DNA of 64,000 nucleotides, taken from assembly GCA_017610385.1 (NCBI GenBank), contig JAFCCC010000002.1:1-64000 (forward strand), read 5' to 3'. A program made the translations under genes and the position numbers. Positions 57,983 through 64,000 of the stretch are shown here, piece by piece; within the stretch, counting starts at the first letter, position 1, and each line of letters starts with the position of its first letter. The notes beneath the pieces were generated by a model. The model was not told the DNA's origin, searched no databases, and worked only from the letters and a program-made list of their open reading frames with translations. The stretch comes from Candidatus Nanohalarchaeota archaeon (GTDB lineage: Archaea > Nanohalarchaeota > Nanosalinia > Nanosalinales > JAFCCC01).

Positions 57983-58523
57983 TTTATTTTTCACCTTTTT
58001 AGGTTTGTGAGGTTGTTTAATGTGCCCCTCACGGCACAAGTTCTAGTTCTATGAATAGAACAACATGAAGTGAATTAATTTAGTGAATTACTTGAACTGA
58101 ATAAATTTGAAAATGATAAATTGGAATGATTGAATGTTGAATTTAAGTCCAAACTAGAATGAATGTTTCCTTCCCTTGCGCGGTATTGTGAGTTGTAATC
58201 TTTACTCATCTAGCCTTCCCCTTGAAGTTCGAATCTATCATAGATTCTGATATTACTGTTAAGATGTGAATTATAAAAACATGCGTGGTGCGGTTGTATT
58301 GGCACTACAAGTGTATCTTACCTGAACAGTGTTTTAACGACCGTTAATTTCTTCTGTGAGTGATTAACGAACATTTATTTCATTTACGACTAATTAATAA
58401 ATACTTAATGACTCACAGTACAATCAGAATGTTTCTGTACTGTTTCTGTATAGCGATTTTCAATAATATACCTAAAATTGAGAAATCTTTAATATCCTTG
58501 TACACTATGTTTAATATAGTACA

Positions 58524-59006
58524 ATGATGAGAATTAATCCTCGTATTGAATTTGTTCTTAAATTTACTGGAATTACTTTGGGATTATTTACATTGTTTTT
58601 CTTTACGCGCAATTCCTTGAAGTTTTTGCTTTCAGGAACTGCGTGGATTCTGAAAGGTTTATTGTTTATTTTTGGAATTAATTCAAAAGTTGTTGGGTGG
58701 ACTATTGTTTTTCCTAATGTGAATTTTAGTGTGATTTATGCTTGTACTGCAATTTTTCCTATTATAATTTTTATTGCGGCAATTATGAGCTATAAAGCAG
58801 AACTAAAAAGTAAAGGTTTAGCTATCTTGGTTGGTGTTCCTCTAATTTACCTTCTAAACTTGCTTAGATTACTTGTACTTTCTTTGGTTGGAATGAAATT
58901 CCCTTCTGCTTTTCAATTTATCCATAGTTTTTTGTGGGAATCTATTTTCCTTATTTTTATAATTCTAATGTTTGTATTTTGGGTGAAAAAATATGCAAAA
59001 GAATGA
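58524..59006 (+). CDS. exosortase/archaeosortase family transpeptidase (XrtH/ArtB-like)
   Basis: Multi-TM with catalytic-triad pattern: VIYACTA (Cys), LNLLRL (Arg), FQFIHSFLWE (His). Confidence 0.9.
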   Translation: MMRINPRIEFVLKFTGITLGLFTLFFFTRNSLKFLLSGTAWILKGLLFIFGINSKVVGWTIVFPNVNFSVIYACTAIFPIIIFIAAIMSYKAELKSKGLAILVGVPLIYLLNLLRLLVLSLVGMKFPSAFQFIHSFLWESIFLIFIILMFVFWVKKYAKE

Positions 59007-59553
59007 AATTTTAAAAAAACTTAAAATTTTGAAAAAATTGAAAATGTTTAAAAAAGGTAAATTGTTTGAGAAGTTTGAAAAATTGCCGTTTATTGTGAAG
59101 TTTTTTATTTACTTAATACCTCTTTTTGGGCTTTGGTATGTAATTGGACTATATTATGTTAAGATAATTATGCTTCTCGTTAAAGAATTTCTTTCAATTG
59201 GTGGCTATTCTTTAACAAATATGGGAAATATGATGTATTCTGTTATTTCAAATGGATTAAGAATTCGACTGGATATGAGTTCCTCTGCCTTAATTGACTT
59301 TAATATAGTGCCTTTTTTTGCCTTATTATTTGCAACAAAAACAAAATGGAAAAGAAAATTAAAGTTCAGTTTGATTGGTTTTTTTGTTCTTTTACTAATG
59401 CACGCAATTACATTTTCAGTGTATGTTCCATATTTATTAACTCAGTCAGAAGGGTTATATTTTGTCTATAATCTAAGTGTTATTTTAGGTCCGGCATTGC
59501 CGTTCATACTTTGGTTTTTAATTGCGTTTCCTAATGAAAAAGCCAAGATTTAA
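58993..59553 (+). CDS. exosortase-associated membrane protein
   Basis: Overlaps sortase stop; FNIVPFFALLFAT...WKRKLK....G...L...H and PALPFILW resemble exosortase H-associated membrane proteins. Confidence 0.7.
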   Translation: MQKNEILKKLKILKKLKMFKKGKLFEKFEKLPFIVKFFIYLIPLFGLWYVIGLYYVKIIMLLVKEFLSIGGYSLTNMGNMMYSVISNGLRIRLDMSSSALIDFNIVPFFALLFATKTKWKRKLKFSLIGFFVLLLMHAITFSVYVPYLLTQSEGLYFVYNLSVILGPALPFILWFLIAFPNEKAKI

Positions 59554-59579
59554 ATAGTACTGTATTTTAAATAATACGT

Positions 59580-60170
59580 ATGTATGATAAATTAAACATA
59601 ACTGAAAACACTTTGAGGGTTCTTTCTCTATTTACTAATGATTTTAATAGCACATATTACATCCGAGAGGTTGAAATGTTACTTAAAATAAGTCCAAGAA
59701 CTGCACAACTAAGTCTTGAAAATTTAGAAGGTAAGGGAATTATTGAATCAAAAATGAGGGGCAAAATAAAATCTTATAAACTACAAAATAACGACTCCGC
59801 CAAAAACTATCTTGTTTTAGTAGAACGATATAAATTGCTCACGTTCATGAGCACACAATTAATTGTTAAAGAGATTATAGAAAAAATAACTCCACACATA
59901 CAAGGAATTGGAGTCATTTTTGGAAGTTATGTAAAGGGGCTCGAAAAGAAAAATTCTGATTTGGACATATTTGTTGCTGGATCTTATGATGACAAAGAAA
60001 TTGAAAAAATTTCAAGAATGTTTGGTGTTGAAATCAACGTGAAATGTTACCCGTTAAAACTTTTTGAAAAAAAAATAAATCAAGATATTCTTCTAAATGA
60101 AATATTAAAAAATCATATTGTCTTTTTGAATATAGAACAATTTATTCGGCAGGTGTTAAAAAATGGATAA
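59580..60170 (+). CDS. wHTH plus minimal nucleotidyltransferase (MNT) antitoxin
   Basis: N-terminal wHTH (YIREV...ISPRTAQ); IFGSYVKG....SDLDIFV. Confidence 0.9.
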   Translation: MYDKLNITENTLRVLSLFTNDFNSTYYIREVEMLLKISPRTAQLSLENLEGKGIIESKMRGKIKSYKLQNNDSAKNYLVLVERYKLLTFMSTQLIVKEIIEKITPHIQGIGVIFGSYVKGLEKKNSDLDIFVAGSYDDKEIEKISRMFGVEINVKCYPLKLFEKKINQDILLNEILKNHIVFLNIEQFIRQVLKNG

Positions 60171-60636
60171 AATTAAATGGTGTGCCGAAAAAAAAGACGG
60201 ATTAAGTTTGATTGCGCCCAATTCAAATCTTTCTCGCGCATACATTATCAAAGCAGAAGAAGCGCTTGAAGCGATGTGTATAAACACCATAAAAGATTGG
60301 AAAATTTCAACAGCATATTACACACTCTATTTTGCAGTTTATTCTATTCTTACTAAACTTGGAATTAAATGTGGAATTCATTCTTGTACTATTTCATTTG
60401 CAAAAAGTTTTCTCAAAGAATTTTTTAGTGAAGAAAATTTAGAATTTCTTGAAGAATCCATGAAAGCCAGAATAAATTCTCAATATTATGTAGATCGAAC
60501 GATTCCGGACATACAATATTCTAAGATGATAACAAAAGCTCCAGAATTTTTGGTTTTGTGTAAAAGTATTCTTATAAAATTAAATGAAAAGAAAATTAAT
60601 GAATTGCGACTCCAATTTAAAGCCGCGCTAATTTAA
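60163..60636 (+). CDS. HEPN domain toxin
   Basis: YIIKAEEAL, WKISTAYYTLY, IHSCTI, ARINSQYY; overlaps MNT stop. Confidence 0.88.
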   Translation: MDKIKWCAEKKDGLSLIAPNSNLSRAYIIKAEEALEAMCINTIKDWKISTAYYTLYFAVYSILTKLGIKCGIHSCTISFAKSFLKEFFSEENLEFLEESMKARINSQYYVDRTIPDIQYSKMITKAPEFLVLCKSILIKLNEKKINELRLQFKAALI

Positions 60637-60707
60637 TCGTAACTTTCATTGTTTTTAATTGCGTTTCCTAACAAAAAGCCGACTAGAACAGCATTACTTT
60701 TTTATAA

Positions 60708-60924
60708 AACTTTTGCTCTTTTCTGGAACAAAGAGGGACTATAACATATAATGAGTTACTAAAAGAAATGATCAGAGCATATAATCGTAACAAATTAGCA
60801 GACATGATGGCTGCCTTGGAAAAAACAAATAGCCCCAAGCTGGTGGCACTTGATGACGTATAAACTTTTGCTTGCTCCTGATGCATCAAATTTTATTGAA
60901 AATGTTTATAGACAGAACTCATAA
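60708..60924 (+). pseudogene. remnant of an antitoxin plus RelE/ParE-like toxin pair
   Basis: Start-less frame ...ITYNELLKEMIRAYNRNKLADMMAALEK...VALDDV* (stop 60863) overlapping ATG 60853 MTYKLLLAPDASNFIENVYRQNS*. Confidence 0.55.
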
Positions 60925-61033
60925 AAGAGATGGATTCTAGTGAATTAAAAAATTTGAGAAATAGAATAACAGATTGTGAAAAATTTCTGGTTTTTTGGAT
61001 ATACACTTTAGTTTATTTTTTGAGGTTTTTTCC

Positions 61034-61672
61034 TTAGAATTTGGCATCAAGATTTCCATAAGCACTCATAAAAAATTTATTCCAATATAATGCAAATCGA
61101 ATTAATGGTGCATCACCATATTGATCTCTTATTCCTCTAATTCCATACTCTCTAATAAATTCATTCATCCTTTTTTTAGTTTTTTCAACCGCTTCTGAAA
61201 CTGAAAATCCTGAAATTAACAACAAAACCAACATCACATGTAAATCTCTAAATGGTCTAAAACTTTTGTCTTTTAATGGGGTTGTAGATCTGGTTGGCTC
61301 AAGAGTAATCATATAGTGAGATTCATAACCAATATACGCTTCTGCACCTCCATTTTCTATTGCAAATCTGCCGAGCTCATGTAGAGAGTCACAAACTAAA
61401 GCATAAATTATACGAGAATTCATTTTTTGAATGTTATTTTTGTCTAAAATAATTTCATTTTGTCCCCAAACGCAGTCAATACTTCCATGTCCATGTAAAA
61501 TAACAAGCCTAGGGTTTCTCTTATCAATTGCTTTTTCAAAAGAATTTCGATTTGCTTTTTCTTCATTTAAATCAATAACTTTGTGCTCTCCTACCTCTTT
61601 GATTTCTTTTATAAGTTCTCCTGCAAGAACATTGAGATATTGTGTTTGTATGTCATTGCACGGTCTCGTCAT
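61034..61672 (-). CDS. caspase/gingipain-fold (clan CD, CHAT/C25-like) putative cysteine protease
   Basis: LVILHGHGS (His) and IIYALVCDS (Cys) each at the end of a beta strand; AYIGY; GFSVSEA; YGN.DAK C-terminus. Confidence 0.75.
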   Translation of the reverse strand: MTRPCNDIQTQYLNVLAGELIKEIKEVGEHKVIDLNEEKANRNSFEKAIDKRNPRLVILHGHGSIDCVWGQNEIILDKNNIQKMNSRIIYALVCDSLHELGRFAIENGGAEAYIGYESHYMITLEPTRSTTPLKDKSFRPFRDLHVMLVLLLISGFSVSEAVEKTKKRMNEFIREYGIRGIRDQYGDAPLIRFALYWNKFFMSAYGNLDAKF

Positions 61673-61685
61673 TAGAATATATTTT

Positions 61686-61910
61686 TCAATAATCTATTTC
61701 CCCTCTAACAAGCATTTTAATGTAGGACAATTGTACTTCCATAATTTGTTCTCCAAAAGGAGTATTGCCCTTTACTTCCTTTATCATTTGTTTAACAGAA
61801 ATTGGTCCCTGTGAACCCATAAGCAATATTTTTGATTCAGGATTTAAAGTCTCTAATCTAGCAATTACTAGCTCTTGTACATCTGCAACTATACTTTGGT
61901 CAATTGCCAT
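61686..61910 (-). CDS. small helical protein, partner 2 of the protease module
   Basis: ELVIARLETL...EVKGNTPFGEQI; tightly packed in the operon. Confidence 0.8.
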   Translation of the reverse strand: MAIDQSIVADVQELVIARLETLNPESKILLMGSQGPISVKQMIKEVKGNTPFGEQIMEVQLSYIKMLVRGEIDY

Positions 61911-61914
61911 AAGT

Positions 61915-62103
61915 TTACACCTCGTGCAATATACCTAATTTAACAAGTTTTTTTAATATTTGTTTCCCTAATTCTGTGTCATTCTTAATCTCATCGTAAG
62001 CTCTATTCCAAGAATATGGTTTGCCGGTTATAACAATAAGTACACCATTTCTCTCATCTTCTATTAAATTAGAGTATGCTTTCATAAATTCTGTCTTTGC
62101 CAT
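61915..62103 (-). CDS. small helical protein, partner 1 of the protease module
   Basis: FMKAYSNL...PYSWN.AY.EIKNDTELGKQILKKL; GAGGTG near its 3' end serves as SD for the next gene. Confidence 0.8.
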   Translation of the reverse strand: MAKTEFMKAYSNLIEDERNGVLIVITGKPYSWNRAYDEIKNDTELGKQILKKLVKLGILHEV

Positions 62104-62388
62104 AACGCTTCGCAACCACGATCTAATTATGTATTATTTGTACGAAACTTAAATAAGTATATTGAACTTAGAATTTTTCTCTGCTTAAATGCCTGAAACA
62201 CAGAAGATTTTTGCAAAATGTAAACTTTAATTATGCATTTTCGTTTTAGTTTATTCCTTAATTATGTTTCTCCGGGAACAGTTCTAGTAAGAATTAGTTT
62301 CCTGTAGGAAAGTTATCTAAAAAGTACCACCAGGATAAGAATAGTTTAATCTCTGTCAAATGAGTCTATTCTAAACTGAATCCTCTTA

Positions 62389-64000
62389 TTACTTTTTCCC
62401 GACAAAAAAGTAACCAAAACCTGCAATTCCTAAGAATAAAGAGACCAAAATAATAGGACTCATTACAGGAACTTCTAATGGATCTCCACCACCAAACGGA
62501 GGATCTGCTAAATCGTCTAAAGTCGGTGTTGTTGTGGCTGTAACTGTAATAGTTATGCTTCCGTCTCCATTTAAAACTTGGTTAGAACATAGACCCCAAG
62601 ATTCAGTACCTTTATTCCACCAGTACATTTTACTTCCACCAGGATTCTGGAAAGTTATGTCTAGGCTAGTAATGCCTGGATCAACATATGGACCTGGTTC
62701 ATATTTTACATCAAAGAAGTTACTTGCACCAGAGAAAACTGCGCTATCTGTCCAAGGTCTATTTTGATAAGTTATTAAGTCAAGGTATCCGGTTCCTGCG
62801 CCAAAAGCTTCAACGGTAATTGAACCATCACCACTTGTTTCCGGAGTTCCTACCTCGATAAGCATTCTCTCTGGACCAAAACTGCCTTGCACTACTGCCG
62901 CACCCAACCAAGGTTCATAATCTACATTCGTGCTTACTGCATTGCCAGTACCCGAACCTTCTCCAGAGGGACCTGTATCAGAACCCCACCAATTGTTTTC
63001 TGCATTAACAAGTGGTCCGGTACTGGAAATTCCATAAACATCATTTCCGATAACATTATTGTACTTTGCAACAACAACGCTTGTATCTGTGGTACTATAA
63101 CCAACAGCAATTCCGGTAGTTGAATCTGAGATGGTGTCACCAATAATTGTAGCCTTTGTATTAGAACCCCAAGCGGTTGTAACCAATATCCCAGCGGAAG
63201 TTGAACCATCAACACTTGCTACGCCTTTACAATTAGTTATTGTACAACCCTCAACTTTTATATCTCCCTCATTTCCTACTTCAAATCCGTAATCAAGGAA
63301 ATCACCGATACCTTTTCCTGTGTAAGTACAATCTTTGATTAATGTTCGTGCATCTGGATTAAATGTAAAAACGCCGATTCTTTGTATATTTTCAAACGTA
63401 CAACCGAGTATTTCAACGTATTGACCATAATTATTGATTGCGCGACCGTGATATTGACTAGTATGTTTAATATTTCTAAAATCACAGTTTTCCACTTTGC
63501 CTCCAGTACTATCTACATGATAATGAATGGCTGTGCGGACATTTTTCCCGGTTCCGTCAAATATTAGATTCTGGAAAATTACGTTTGCTCCAGTTACTTG
63601 GAACCAGCCTCGACCATTTACACCAATTTCATTATTTAAACCAGTGTTTTCTGTTGGGGTGATTAGTGGTTTATTTGAAGAATCTCCCAGAATTGTTAAG
63701 TCTTTGTCAATTATACTAATTCCTTCGTTATACGTCCCTGCTGCAACATTAATCGTGTCATCATTAATTGCTTGCTCTATTGCATTCTGAATATACGTGT
63801 AATGATCATTTGTAACAGGCCATTCAACAGGTAAATACCAAATGTTTCCAGTTATTTCTGTATTAGGATCATTTGGATTTCTTTCAGAGGTATAAAACAA
63901 ATATGGACTTCCTAATGCATCTGTAAATCCTGTTGGCCACATATCAATCCAAACATTTGAACCATAACTGGCGCTAGTAATGTCAACCTCTGTGCCAGAA
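62389..64000 (-). CDS. surface protein with parallel beta-helix and C-terminal VPxxxP-type sorting signal, partial (5' end beyond window)
   Basis: Frame open from 63999; YIQNAI...DTINVAAGTYNE, beta-helix repeats, NAENNWWG...GP; ends EVPVMSP, TM, KK. Confidence 0.88.
   Translation of the reverse strand, partial: SGTEVDITSASYGSNVWIDMWPTGFTDALGSPYLFYTSERNPNDPNTEITGNIWYLPVEWPVTNDHYTYIQNAIEQAINDDTINVAAGTYNEGISIIDKDLTILGDSSNKPLITPTENTGLNNEIGVNGRGWFQVTGANVIFQNLIFDGTGKNVRTAIHYHVDSTGGKVENCDFRNIKHTSQYHGRAINNYGQYVEILGCTFENIQRIGVFTFNPDARTLIKDCTYTGKGIGDFLDYGFEVGNEGDIKVEGCTITNCKGVASVDGSTSAGILVTTAWGSNTKATIIGDTISDSTTGIAVGYSTTDTSVVVAKYNNVIGNDVYGISSTGPLVNAENNWWGSDTGPSGEGSGTGNAVSTNVDYEPWLGAAVVQGSFGPERMLIEVGTPETSGDGSITVEAFGAGTGYLDLITYQNRPWTDSAVFSGASNFFDVKYEPGPYVDPGITSLDITFQNPGGSKMYWWNKGTESWGLCSNQVLNGDGSITITVTATTTPTLDDLADPPFGGGDPLEVPVMSPIILVSLFLGIAGFGYFFVGKK

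Larger units (their letters stand above)
59514..60680. repeat. direct repeats flanking the MNT-HEPN pair
   Basis: Exact 21-mer gtttttaattgcgtttcctaa at 59514-59534 and 60651-60671, each followed by aaaaagcc after 2 and 1 nt respectively. Confidence 0.9.

Noticed and set aside
653-63790. Many antisense or overlapping ORFs in the track (e.g. 653..928, 3135..3404, 22868..23221, 44690..45088, 55970..56308, 61431..61814)
   Set aside because: They are shadows of well-supported genes on the other strand or frame and have no motifs
1-64000. CRISPR array, integrase/transposase, reverse transcriptase/DGR, rRNA
   Set aside because: No regularly spaced repeat-spacer array, no recognisable recombinase, transposase or RT ORF, no TR/VR pair and no long GC-rich RNA gene seen by eye

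Overview
AT-rich archaeal DNA, most consistent with a DPANN-type lineage (inferred from aTrm56, L15e, Rpp30/Pop5, proteasome alpha, SBDS, fibrillarin, NreA, nucleoside-salvage genes, many ORFans and mostly short or leaderless transcripts). About 1-33.6 kb holds housekeeping genes (tRNA modification/processing, prs, mre11-rad50, ogg, dfx/rbr, a partial rpl15e-rnp3-rnp2-psmA-sbds superoperon, flpA, glmS, udk/tdk, tRNA-Arg(CCT)), mixed with ORFans, pseudogenes and a MazF-type toxin-antitoxin (TA) pair. About 34-64 kb is a cell-surface and accessory island with beta-helix proteins, a ~2,435-aa Cys-rich vWA/LTD protein, Ig/FN3 proteins, an exosortase/archaeosortase with a partner gene and a VPxxxP-CTERM-like substrate, an MNT-HEPN TA, a decayed RelBE-like TA and a three-gene caspase-like protease module. 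Best candidates for something undescribed: (1) a modular, cellulosome-like surface assembly built from shared domains on membrane anchors, soluble adaptors and a dockerin-like payload; (2) the caspase/gingipain-fold protease with two small paralogous partners; (3) TA cassettes flanked by 20-30 bp duplications of the upstream gene's 3' end, with similar 'empty' duplications at other gene ends. All family calls come from motif recognition by eye; no searches were run.
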